A stretch of DNA of 44,345 nucleotides, from contig RBNJ01000068.1 of the NCBI GenBank assembly GCA_003990765.1, positions 1-44,345 on the forward strand, read 5' to 3'. The notes beneath the pieces are model-generated. The model was not told the origin of the DNA and did not search any database. It saw only the letters and a program-made list of their open reading frames with translations. Numbering within the stretch: the first letter of the stretch is position 1; each line of letters begins with the position of its first letter. Source of the stretch: Jimgerdemannia flammicorona. Lineage: Eukaryota. The position numbers and the translations under genes were made by a program. This document shows positions 25,899 through 38,523 of the stretch, one piece after another.

Positions 25899-27858
25899 CT
25901 ATTGCTCCATATTCATCTCCTCCTGTGCCATATCTAGATTATGTTCCACAGTCACCTCCTCTTCTTCAGCCCTCTGAGCCTCCAATCCAGTCAACAGTTT
26001 GTTCATCTCCCCATCTGCCTTCTCCTCAAACTCCTCCCAGTACTTGAGGCAGGCCTCCTGCCAGAGCTGTAATCCATGACATTTGTTCCAGCAGTATTCA
26101 GCTCTCTCCCCAGTAACAACTGCCAACTCTGCCTCCCACTCCTTATCCACCTCATACCCTTCCTTCTCCAGATATACTGCAAGAATTTCCACCTTCAATG
26201 CCATCATCACTCCATCCCCCTGTAGTATCTATACCCAATGCTCATCACTCATTACTCTCAAGTTCACCTCCCCCAACTCTTCTGCCACCAGGTTATTCAT
26301 CATCTGATACATCCAAAGTAGGTTCCCCACCTCCTTCCCTCTAGGAGTTGCCAGCCTCCCTCTATCTAGCATTGTGGTATCAGCCCCAGTGCTCACAGAC
26401 TCATCCCATATCTCTGGGATATCCACCAGTTCCTCCTCTCTGGCTGCCACCCCTTGTTCTCTGTTTGCCACCTCCAGAACTCTGAATTTCACCCACTGGG
26501 CCCCCTGCATTGGCACATCCTCCACCACCCTGTTTCAGGAAGCTGGGCCTTGCCTGATAAGAGAAGTAGGGATAGGGGAGTCCTTCCAGTCCACCTCCCA
26601 GACCTCCAGTGTACTATCAGCATATGGGTCATTATCAGTCACCTTCTTATTCTCCCCTGTCTCCTTTCTGGCCTTTCCACTCCCCTTGCTGGCCTAGAAC
26701 TCACTTTGGCCCCCCCCATGCCCTTCATCTTGCTTGCATCCTCCAGTGGTCTACCTTCTAGCTTAGCCAGCAGATCCTTCTGTCTCTTACACCTCTGAGC
26801 CCTTTCCCACTACTTCTTGTCTACTTGAATCCACTTTCTATCTACCACCTCCAAGTGTGTCAACTTCACAAAATCCTTCCAAGCCTTCACTCACCACTCC
26901 ACAGCACTACTCAGCTCTTCTAGTACTTCTAATAAATCCTCTTTCTCCTCCTCACTTCCCTTCACCCTCATCACCTTATATAAGATTGCTCTCCAGACCA
27001 TCACCAAAGGCCAGTTCATTATCTTCCTGGTAGCTTCTTTTCCAGCTAGCTGAATCTGATATCCACTATCTCTCTATATTCTGCCATGACTTCCTCAACT
27101 CTCCTTCTCATCTCCACCACCATCACTGTGGGCACTCCTTTCACCAGCAGTTGGACTACTCTGGGATCCCATTTCAGGTAACATGCCATCAGAACACACA
27201 CCTCCCCAACTACCAATCCAATCTTCAGCACCTCCTCTAGTGGCTCAGTCTCCTCAAAACCCACCTCCACTCCTTCCAGTCCCTTCAAAAACTTCACTGA
27301 CACAGCCCCTACCACCTGCTTAACAATAAGCCCTAGTACTATCTTCACTATTACTACTAAGCCTCAGAAGTACAGTATAATTACAAATACTGAGATTGAT
27401 TTTTTGAATAACAGAGCCACCACCAAGTCCATCATGCCATCCACCAAATCTCCTTATCTTCCAAACCTCAACTGCTCAGCCTTACCATTAGCTATTATAT
27501 CTGGATTTTTTTCCAGATTGGCAGTCCCATCACTATCAGCAGTCACACTCCCCCCCACAGCTCCACTGTCCCCCCTTCCAAGAGCTACTCCCCCATACAC
27601 TGCCACCTTCTCAGTCTCCTTGCTCTTTCTTAGCCAGCCCTCTAGCTCTGATGTCTGCTGTCTCTCCTTCACTATCTCCACAAAGCTCACCCTCCCAGAC
27701 CCTTGACCTCCACCACTATCTCTACCTCTTCTATGTCTACCTGCCAGCAGCCCCCTCATGCCCCTCCCCAGGCCCAGGCCTCACTCCACCTACTGTCAGT
27801 CAAAAGCACTTGGGCCACCCTACCTAGTATATACCTCAGATTACCTGTTGGTCGTCAT
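25899..27858 (-). pseudogene. LINE ORF1, boundaries approximate
   Basis: Fragments 27454..27759, 27046..27348, 26229..26528 and 25899..26210 are homologous to copy A ORF1. Confidence 0.8.
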
Positions 27859-28139
27859 ATTGTTAGTCTCTTTTCTCCAAAAACAATGTTGTAAGAGCTT
27901 TCCAAAGATTGTGTAACCTGAATAATATTAGAGAAAGATGTGCTGGCCTAGTCAAGTTTCTGAAGCAGAATATGATCTTGACCTAAATCTCAAATGTATG
28001 TTAGAACTATATGAAGACTATATAATAGAATGAAGTTTACATCTATATTTGCTTATCTCAATAGTAGTAGCCATAAGGGAGCATATACTTGTGAGCTGAA
28101 TCATAATTCTGATCTTAAATTAGAAGCCAGTAACTAAGA

Positions 28140-28575
28140 TAGCAGTCCTAAATTTAGGCCAAGATTATTAGTGGTCTATAATTTAAGGCCACTTAATAGA
28201 TTTGTATGATACTTCATTTCTCAATGACTTATTATCCAAATTTTATAAAATATAGTATACTACAATCCCAATATTCATGGATTTTTAATGAGCTTAAAAA
28301 CATCAAATCCAGATGATAGATTATTGAGAAATAAGGCAAATTGTTTATAGGCCACTAATAATTATTATCTTTATTCAGACCTAAATTAAGGCCAAAATCA
28401 TTAGTGGCCTGTAATTAAGACTACATTATAGAAATTTGGATGTTTTCAATCATAACTCTACAGAATATTATCCAAATTTAATGTTCTTAAGCTTGTTAGA
28501 ACTATATTATCAAGGGCTTTCTAATGGGTCTAAGAATATTAAAATCAGATTATAGGTCATAGAATTCACCTAATT
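28140..28575. repeat. Decayed non-autonomous DNA-element relic
   Basis: CCTAAATT(T/A)AGGCCAA..ATTAGTGG occurs at ~28147 and ~28380, with two copies of the ATCCAAATTT...AAATC(C/A)GAT palindromic core. Confidence 0.5.
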
Positions 28576-28709
28576 CAGCTAGGATTAGAGTTCTATCTAA
28601 AATTAGAAGGTGCTCATAATGAAAATGGAAGGTGCTTAAGATAAAAATGGATGAGATCATTTTCAGATTAAACTTTGAGCAGCTCTAAAGAGATAAAAAT
28701 AGGCAAACC

Positions 28710-30365
28710 AAATTTTTGCACTATTGCATTCAGTATAACCTAATTTAATACAAAATCTGGTATTACCCTCCAAGACCAGAGTGCATTTGATAGTACAATT
28801 TTATAAGGCCAAATCTAAGAGGCTGGAATTTTGTTGAGGGTGGGTAGAAATTGGTTGAGGGTGGGCAGAATTTGGTAGAATTTGGTTGAGAGTGGGCAGA
28901 ATTTAGTAACTCTATTATTCATGCATCCTCTCTACTAAAATCAGTTATAAGATTTAGTAGGCAACCTTCTGAGTCTCTTTTTCCTAACTTCTACTTCCTT
29001 TATCTTAGATTAGTTTACTGTACCTATTGTAGGATAGTAGAAGGGAGGTAATAGTGATGAGTTGTCTCTTTGTCAGTATTAGATTGGTGCTTTCTCCACT
29101 TTTTTACAATTTCTGGTACCTTCAGATAAGTCTGAGATATATTCATCTTGACATGGTACCTTCTTTCTTTTGCCATCATCAACAAGATATTGTCTTAGTA
29201 TATGTATCTAGTACTCCCAACAAATTGAATCAAATTGAATCAAATTGAATTTAACCCCAATTCAATTTGATTTAAAATATTCAAATCAAATTAAGGGCTA
29301 ATTTGATTCAAATCAATTCAAATTGAGGCCCAATTTAATTTGAAGTTCAATTCAAATCAAATTTTTCAAAATTTAATAGCTTAACTAAAATATATTTAAA
29401 TTTAATGAATTTTAGCTTATTAGATATACAAATCTAGTACAATAAAGAATATTAAATTTGGATGTATTTTTATTAAGTTATGGTATTTTGAAGTTGGGAT
29501 GAAAATTTCAAATCAAATTGAACCTCAATTCGATTCAATTGAATTGAGGTTCAATTTGATTCAAATTTTTTATCCCAAATTCAAAATGCTGTAACTTGAT
29601 GAAAACACATCCAAATTTAATATTCTTTATTGTGCTAGATTCATCTTAATAAGGTGTATCTAACAAGCTAAAATTTATTAAATTTGGATATATTTTAGTT
29701 GAGTTATTGAATTTTGAAAAATTAGGTTTGAATTGGGCCTCAATTCAAATTGATTTAAATTGAATTAGCCCTTAATTCAATTCAAATATTTTGAATTAAA
29801 TTGAATTGGAGTCAAATTCAATTCAATTCAATTTGTTGAGAGCATTAGACATATTAAGACAATATCTTGTTGATGATGGCAAAAAGAAGAAGATACCATA
29901 TTAAGATGGATATACTTCAGAGTTATCTAGAGGTATCAGAAATCACAAAAAAGTAGAGAAAGCACTGATCTGATACTGACAAAGGGGCAACTCATCACTA
30001 TTGCCTCTCTCCCACTATTCTGCAATAGGTACTACAAACCAACCCAAGGTAGAGGGGGTAGAAGTTGGGGAAAAGAGACTCAGAAGGTTACCTACCAAAT
30101 CTTGTAACTGATTTTGAGAGAGAGGGTACATGAATAATAGAGTTACTAAATTCTGCCCACTCTTAATCAAATTCTGTCAAATTCTGCCCACTCTCAACCA
30201 AATTCTGCCCACTCTTAATCAATTTCTGCCTACTCTTAACAAAATTCTGACCTCTCACTATCAAATACACTCTGGTCTTAGAGAGTGACATCAGATCTTA
30301 CTTTGAAATTACACTATCAGAGTATTAAATTAGGTAATACTGGACATAATAGTGCCAATTTTTTT
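28710..30365. repeat. Large foldback palindrome (arms ~500 bp) with a MITE at its centre
   Basis: 28710-29205 is the reverse complement of 29848-30365, including the GTTGAGGGTGGGCAGAATTT tandem motifs. Confidence 0.9.
29209..29847. mobile_element. Older hAT-type MITE of the TAGTGCTCC group
   Basis: TAGTACTCCCAACAAATTGAAT / ATTCAATTTGTTGAGAGCATTA, internally palindromic, CpG largely lost, TSD degenerate. Confidence 0.85.
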
Positions 30366-30829
30366 TTACTATTGTAGTTTCAAGCAGTTACCCACTCTTA
30401 ATAATTATTCCTTAATATTTTATTAAGGGTGGGTCACTAGCTCAGACTTCAATTTTCTGCAAAATTTTCCATTTTTATCTTTCTATAGTTTAGAGCAGTT
30501 ACTCACTCTTAATATTTGTTTTCTTCCTTAACTTTGATATTAAGACTTAGTCTAGAGCAGTTACCCATCTTTAACAATTTATTCTCTCTCTCAACATTTT
30601 GTTGAGAGTGGGTTACTAGCTCAGACTTTAATATTAAGACCTTGATCTAGAGCATATTCTCACTTTCAACATTTATCAGTAATTTGTTGAGGATAGAATA
30701 TAGACTCAAATTTCTATTTTGATATTAGTAATTAGCTCAAATATGTAATTATTATTAAAGTGTAGAGTAAGTTCAAGATATGATAAGTTGATCAGATAGT
30801 AGTAGATTGTAACTTCAAGCTTTTGAAAT

Positions 30830-31665
30830 TTAGAGATTAATAAAAGCTGTTACTAGATTAATGAAATATATAAAGTGAAATTAAAGTGCTCTGGTCAATA
30901 TTATTTCTTCAAATATTATATATATTTAATAAAATATAGCCCTATAACTATATATAATATTATAGAGCTCAAATATATAATTGTAGAGAAATTAACTATT
31001 TTACAAAGTAAAAATTCAAGATATAATGAGTTGATTAGATCTCATTAGTAGATAGTATTTTAAGCTAACTAAATTTCAGAAATCTAGATATTACTTTCCT
31101 TACAAATATTTATTTAGAATTATAAAGTGAAATATATTTGCTTAAATAACTAAATTCTCAGTCAAATTATTTTACTACAAAGCAAAATTTCAAGATTAAG
31201 TCAATCTGAACTAAAATTTTAGAAATTTAAAGATTGTATTCTATATAATTAGAAATGACAACTATGCTAGATGGGTGAATCATAACAAATTCTATCTTAC
31301 AACATTAGAATACAATCTTTAGATTTCTGAAATTTGGTTAGTATAAAATATCATCTACTAATAAGATCTGATCAGCTTATCATATCTTGAAATTCTGCTT
31401 TATAAAATGTCTTTTTAATGGTTAATTCCTCTGATATTTGTCAGTAATCATATATTTAAACTTTGTAATATTTTATATCAAATATCTTTATACATAATTA
31501 CAAAATTATATTTTGCCAAATATATATAATATCTGAAAGAATAATGCTGGCCTGAGTACTTTAATTTTACTTCTATACAAATTACATTAAATCTAGTGGT
31601 GGTTTTTACTAAGTGCTAATTCTAAATTTATATATATCAAATATACATAATTAATAATAAATATA
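30830..31665. repeat. AT-rich inverted repeat; right arm repeated directly at ~36912-37240
   Basis: 30830-31090 is inverted relative to 31315-31620. AAAATATCATCT..AATAAGATCTGATC..ATATCTTGAAATTCTGCTTTATAAAAT is present at ~31346 and ~36912. Confidence 0.8.
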
Positions 31666-32294
31666 TATAAATATATAAGAATAATTATATATTTATTTTC
31701 TGTAATTAGCTTTTTTTTCCTCTCAAACACCAGAGGGTAACTTAGTAATCTTACACACTAATATAAATTTGCCATTGAGTGACCTACAAAATTTAAACTT
31801 TATTTGTATACTCAAAAATATTATATAAAATCATATGTCTAATATAATTTAGATTTTGCACTATACAAATTATTATTAATAATTGTATAGCAAAATAATT
31901 TGACTATATATATATGTATAATGTAAAAGTTGGTTATTATAAGTATCTCAACTGTTATTATATAGTAAAACACTTCAAAATTTCAGTTTGTATAACCAAT
32001 TTTATATATATACTAACAAATAATTTGATCATAAATATACAATAATTTTAAGTAATATTAAATTATGCTAGTACAGTTTAGAAATACTTTGTAAGAAAAG
32101 ATAATCATATTAGTATATATATAGTGTAAAAATTATAATTAGTGAATATTTCTTTAAAATATTAACATATTAAAAATATAACTCTGTATTTATATAAAAA
32201 TATATATATCCAATAATACATGTTTAGAAATTACAGTTATTACAAAGTTGTAATAATTATTGTATAGTGAAACACTATAAATAGCTTCTTTCTC

Positions 32295-33330
32295 TACTAT
32301 CTTACCAGTCACAAGGTTTGGTAGATGACCTTCCAAGTCTCTTTTCCCCAACTTCTACCCCCTCTATCTCAGGTTGATTTGTTATACTTATTGCAGAGTA
32401 GTGGGAGAGAGGCAATAGTGATGAGTTGCTCTTTTATCAGTATCAGATTGGTACTTCCTCTACTTTTTCATAGTTTTTAATATCTTTGGCTGTATCTAGA
32501 GTATACCTATCTTGGTATAGTACCTTCTTCCTTTGCTGTAATCAATAAGGTATTGTCTCAGTATATCATAAGCTATATAGAGAGTCAGCTGACCATGGGC
32601 ATCAAGTGCCAGTGTAGGTTACCTGCAGGTTTTCAGTATCTATGGTAGTGCCCTCTGAGTTTTGGCAAGCTTTCTAGTAAGTACAGTTCTGGCATAGGTG
32701 ACTGATTTTTGAGTGATATCAGGATGAGAGGAGAGATAACTGTCACAGATAGGTAGAAGAGTAATAATAGTAGACCAGTAGGATGCCAGGCTGGGGGTGG
32801 TCATTGGGGCTGGGGCAGGTGCTACATTGGTGAGGCCTTCTGCTTGATGTGGAGTAGTTAGATAGTAGGTATCACTCTTGGCTTCTCTTGGCACACTGTG
32901 GTATCACTTGAGGGTTGTTGAGAGCCTGAGGCTATCTGGGTCAGGTGTCTTGGCTGCACTCAACTAGAACTGGAAGCTGATGTGATAATATGATCAAGGT
33001 CCACAGGCTTAAGTAGTGGGGTATTGGGGGTCTCTTCTCATCTCATATATAAGTCCTCTACTTACTGAACCAGGTCTTACCCACTGTTCTGTATCTTTTG
33101 GAGGGGTTTTTCTTTGCCTATTGCTCTATTTGAGATGGCAGGGACTTTTCTATTTAGCTTGAGTATGATCTTGTACATATGTTGGAGTTTTGGGCATACA
33201 CTTTCAGTTATTGGCATATGGCTGCTTTCTCCCTAGTAGTAGGGAGAGCTTGGTGTACAGAATGAGGTATGGGCAAAAATGCCCTACTGCACTGGTATAG
33301 TTGAGCTGCTGGACAATAGCTATAGCCTAG
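32295..33330 (-). pseudogene. Decayed coding-like segment of unknown product; its distal part is a third copy of the foldback arm
   Basis: GC-rich block. 32305-32565 matches 28940-29200. A minus-strand frame reads ..RTVLTRKLAKTQRALP*ILKTCR*PTLALDAHGQLTLYIAYDILRQYLIDYSKGRRY. Confidence 0.4.
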
Positions 33331-33879
33331 GTTAATGGGGGGTGCAGTGCTCAGGGGGGGGGGGGATGGGAGAGGGTTTTGGCCTATATAGTCTAGATTC
33401 CCTTCTAATAAAAATCCACAGGACTTCAAGTCTGTATAAAAAAAGGAACCAATATCTAGTCATATAATCATATGCTCATATTGTAAAAATTGTACACCCA
33501 ATATATAAAACAGAATTACTGGATTGAGTTAGACAATTTGCTATTTCAATTATGATCAAAATGGTCCAACCATGAATATACACAATATGCTAATATATTT
33601 TAGAAATACAAAATTTCGAAATCATATTAGTGTAAAATAGTACAATCGATAAAATACTATCTTATAACATAACTCTCTAACTATATAAAAAGATGAGTAT
33701 CAAACAATACTACATATTCAAAAACTACAATCATTAAATTTATAAGCATTTCTAACTATTATTAAACACTGATAGACTGATTATGAATAATTTTGTACAA
33801 TATTGAATTTTGCAGATTGAATATAATCTAGATCCCAAGTAGATGGATATATAGCTATATATTGGCTCATTCCACTACT

Positions 33880-34560
33880 AAATTCTTGTAAATTGAGTTG
33901 TTCTTATCCACCAAGATCTCCAATTTCTTCCAGAAGTATATTTCTGTATATATATATTATTGATCATATTTTGTCAAATATTGATGTCCCAAAGAATTAC
34001 CTTCAGATATTAGGCATAATGGTACTTCAAATTGTCTATAAATATAAATGCTATAAGAATATTCCTGTAAGCTACATTAGATGGCATTGTGAAGACATTT
34101 ATTCAATAGAGGAGTTAAATAATGCTGAATGGGTTATACTGGAAACTCTAGAATATAAACTTAAATGGCCAGGACCTATGTCCTGGCTACGTCAATTTGA
34201 GGATATTAAAGATAACAATATTCTCATTCTATCTCAATATTTAATTGAGTTGACACTTCTTGATAAGAAATTTCTAGAATAGTCTACAAGCTATATAATA
34301 GTAGCTAGATTCTGTCTCACACTTTATCTATACCAAAATAATTAAGTAAGTTAATATAATATTTATATTAATATTGTAGCTATATGATACTTATTAATAT
34401 TGGTTTATTTATATCTATAGACAAATAATAATATTTTTATCTCAGGCTACACTATTGAGAATCTTGCTAGTCTAATTAATTGTCTGTTTGATATTCTTCA
34501 AGATAATCACAAAAACTCTACAATCTACAATAAGTATAAAGGTTTCAGAGTCATCATGTA
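33880..34560 (+). pseudogene. B-type cyclin pseudogene with intron 34346-34420
   Basis: HQDLQFLPE, IIDHILS, LQILGI, YSIEELNNAEWVILETLEYKLKWPGPMSWLR, QYLIELTLLDKKFL; GTAAGT...TATAG intron; then SGYT and IYNKY. Contains stops and a frameshift. Confidence 0.85.
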
Positions 34561-35544
34561 GACTGAAGATATGACTAAAACTATTGCCAGATGCCTCTTC
34601 TTATAGTTTATTATATAATAAAGTCTGGGTATAAATTTTTGCAAGCAATAATATAATATTCAATATTTGTCCTTATAAAGGCATCATGCTCTTTCTTCAA
34701 TGGATTCATCATTGCCAAAATAATTATTAAATTTAAGTAAGCCTAGAATTTGAACTATTGTACAGACCTTTCTCTTATCTACAAAGTTTTGGAATTATCA
34801 TTATTTTATTTTCATTGCTTATTGTAATATAACAGATAGACACTTATTGCTATATCTTTCTGAGTAAGCTGGCTTTTGAATGAATAATATTGTATAATAG
34901 TGGATTCATAAGAGCTAACAGAAGAAGTAATTTATTTATAATACAAATTATATACTTTTAGACACTGGAAATAATAATGTAAAATAATGCAAAATGAATT
35001 TGGTATAAAGTTATATAAATATATATTGAGTTATAATACCAACAAATAAGACTCTTGCTATATAATATTTCAATATAACTAGTAAAATACTAACCAATTC
35101 ACATGTTCAAACTAAACAGAGAAATCAAAGTAGTGGGACTAATAATGAAATGTCTTCAACTACAAAGTCAGCCAAATAAAGTGGTAGAGTACCTTCAAGT
35201 ATAGGATTATCTAAGCAAGGTCTAAGTACTATTGAATCAATAGATATCTGACCTCATTGACATCTATTTCAACTCCAGTAGGAATATGAATAGAAATGAG
35301 TTGTGGGAAATATCTGGCAATATCTTGTCAGACTCTATTGTTTAGATAGATCTAAAGAATGTGAAAATTCCTATTGCCACCTATACCAGCATAATAGAAG
35401 TGGAAATTTGTACCAGAATATGATAGGCTCCCCTAGGGTATATAGTCTATTACCAGTAAATGTCAAATATCTGTCAGGAATTTCATTGACAAAATTGTTT
35501 AGATGGGCAGCCATAACTACAAAGATGTAAGAATACATCAGGAT

Positions 35545-35976
35545 TAGTACTTCTAAATAAATTGAATCAATTCAAATCAAATTGAATTGAGGGTCATTTG
35601 AATTGAATCAAATTGGGGATTTTTTTATTCAAATTAGATTTAAATCAAATTGAGTTTGAATTGAATTGGAGGTCTAATTTGATTCAATTCAAATCAAATT
35701 GAGGTTCAATTTGATTCGAAATTTTCATCTCAACTTCAAAATGCCATAACTTGATAAAAACACATCCAAATTTAATATTCTTTATTGTACTAGATTCATC
35801 TTAATAAGGCATATTTAACAAGCTAAAATTTATTAAATTTGGATATGTTTTAGTTAAGTTATTGAATTTTGAAAAATTAGGTTCAAATTGAACTTCACTC
35901 TTAATTCAATTCAAATATTTTGAATCAAATCAAATTGGGGTCAAATTTGATTTGATTTGATTCATTGGGAGTACTA
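35545..35976. mobile_element. Older hAT-type MITE of the TAGTGCTCC group
   Basis: TAGTACTTCTAA / TTGGGAGTACTA. 8-bp TSD ATCAGGAT / GTCAGGAT. Body similar to 29520-29847. Confidence 0.88.
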
Positions 35977-36472
35977 GTCAGGATTTAAACTCTTATAAAA
36001 TGAATTTAGTATATAAATAATACATATCTTTTGATGTCAATTAGGATACACTAGGTCTGCTTTATACTATTATCTCTACTATTCTTCAAATTTGATTTAT
36101 TTACCAAAGGTACATAGAGCTTACAGAATTATTGATTTGCTGACTCAGATTCCCACAGATTTCATAGTCACACTTTTAACATAATTTCAATATAGTTATT
36201 CTCAGACAATACAAGAGAAACATTATTTCTATTATGTAAGAGAACTCTGTGTTGAAATATCATATGGGTGGGTGGTAAGCAAAACTGGATAGATTGGTGA
36301 GAATAGAGTCTGGTATGATACAGAAGACCACAAGAACATATACTACTATTATTATAATAACCTAACTTTGGTAATAAAATTATTATAGTATATCATAATA
36401 TAGTCTGACATAGTTTATATTTTATACTTATACTATAATTTCTCATTATCACTACTCAGAGTTTAGCTGAAA

Positions 36473-36528
<56 letters not shown>

Positions 36529-36911
36529 ATACTATCTATTATCTTTTATTTGTTGTGGACACAATCTCTCTTCACCATCTTTGATAACAAATAGATGACC
36601 TTGATAAGGATGGCTGCTGGACAAATGAGATTATCAGAGAATAATATTTAGATATAGTCTATATTATATCTAATCTTTATATATATATGTAGCTAGCATA
36701 AGTATTTTAGGAGTTTTAATAGTATTAATACATTGACAGTTCCAATCTCTCATCTTCATCAACTATTCAGTAAGAACTATAGAACTTAGTTTATAATTAG
36801 TAGTTTGTAAATAGATCACTTATGTGATCATAATGTTAATAGGTCTCATACTGCTTATTTGTTTATTTGTATATCTATATTTGTTAGTATAACTTATACT
36901 ATATAGCCAAT

Positions 36912-37240
36912 AAAATATCATCTGCCAATAAGATCTGATCTGCTCATTATATCTTGAAATTCTGCTTTATAAAATATCTTTTCAATAGTTAATCTCTCTG
37001 CTATTTATCAGTAATCACATATTTAAACTTTATAATATTGTATATTAAATATCTCAACATATAATTACAGAGCTATATTTTACTAAATATATATAATATC
37101 TGAAAGAATAATACTGACCAGAGTACTTTAATTTTGCTTCTATACAAATTACATTAAATCTAGTAGTGGTTTTTACTAAGTGCTAATTCTAAAATTTGTA
37201 TATATCAAATATACATAATTAATCATAAATATACATGAAT
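36912..37240 (+). repeat. Direct repeat of ~31346-31665
   Basis: Collinear match over ~320 bp by eye. Confidence 0.85.
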
Positions 37241-38523
37241 ATATATTGGAATTATAAGTCAATATATATCCATATGACTTTACACTAATTTGTAAAATAT
37301 TATTTATATATATATGAGAAATGAGACACAATATCTCTTTTATAATAAATAAAATAATATAATACTTCTCATATTACAATAACTCTTATTGAACTGCAAT
37401 TAATATATATTCAGATATATTAAAAAAAAAAACAGTATACTATATACTTACTTTAAATAGATTAAGTGAGAGTAGTATATAGTTATCTAGTATCTATAAT
37501 ATAAACTAAACTAGTAATTTAGATAAATAACAGAATATACCTTTTACATATAGTAAATTATTAAATTTTAAATTAAATTAAACACTTAATTTAAATTTAA
37601 ATTTAATTTAAATTAATTCAATTTAAATAATACTTAATTTAATTAATTTAATTTGTTTGAAAGTATAATGGTATTTTTAATATAAAATTAATTTTAATAA
37701 TAACTAAAAGCAATTATCAAGATTTAAATATTATAAGTAGCCAATTTCTAATATAAGATATTTAATAATAATTATAAATATATAGTATATTTTTATTTAA
37801 ATATTCTACTTTATTTCTAACCATTAACTTTTATAGCTGAGGTTACTGTCCATGGAGATAGAATAAGTGATTGCTGCATGAACTTTCCAAATGAACCATT
37901 TGATATCCATTGGATGTGATAATCAGTCAGATTAAACCCTGCTTTTGATACAACTGCTGAGGAGTGTTGGAATACGGGTTAATTCGTTAGAAGTGGCCCG
38001 ATGGGTTGTGTAGAAGATGGGTGGAGACATATCCGAGAAAATAGTATAGGAGAATCTGCTCGTAGCTTTTCCGATCCAATGTGGTCGTTGTTTATACCAA
38101 ATTGAGATTGAGGTATCCGGGAGCGAAGTACCCTTGTACCAGATGTGAAACTACTGATTTGGCAGTGCGAATTCATGCATGAAGAGGAAGAGCGAAATAC
38201 TTTCTGAAAGAAGTGCGAAAGACGAAAGGAGAAATACGAATAAGTTGCTAGATCTGGAAATACGAATTAACTTCCTAGATAGGATATACTTAATGTGGAG
38301 TGGAGTGGACCCAGGCTCCAATGAATTGTAGGTCCAAAATCGCCGTGGCCTTAACTTGAAAATGTTTTCCTCATCGCAATATTGAATGACTAAAAAGACT
38401 TTACATTTGAATAAGAACGATGAACAAACTCGTAAAGGCTAAAATGGGTACTAGTTTAAAAAAGCTCGTTGAAAAATATGGGGTGGTTCCGAATAGTTAT
38501 AACCAGAATTATATACACATGTG

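Larger units (their letters stand above)
22124..27943 (-). mobile_element. Full-length decayed L1/Tx1-like LINE (copy B, diverged relative of A)
   Basis: Poly(A) at 22124-22148. TSD TGGCCTAGT(T/C)AAGT(C/T)TCT at 22107-22124 and 27944-27961. Same 3' end as copy A (ATAGTCACTTGGACT on +). Confidence 0.95.
17520..28130 (+). pseudogene. LRR gene relic, array 2: Pro/Thr-rich leading exon plus about 23 LRR exon-intron units, interrupted by a MITE, a small TIR element and LINE B
   Basis: The P/T-rich frame continues through stops into KIHPTLTELNYE and a phase-1 GTATGT donor at 17839. Repeated 84-nt exons follow (e.g. 18400-18483, 19157-19240, 19336-19419). The array resumes at 27962 after the LINE. 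Confidence 0.88.

Noticed and set aside
33335-33400. G-runs as a G-quadruplex or Helitron end
   Set aside because: There is no supporting hairpin-CTRR structure or other context.
34600-35530. Possible further pseudogene downstream of the cyclin
   Set aside because: It is coding-like in places, but no motif could be identified.
36474-36523. Poly(T) run as a retroinsertion
   Set aside because: Only GCTGA is shared by the flanks; there is no convincing TSD or element body.
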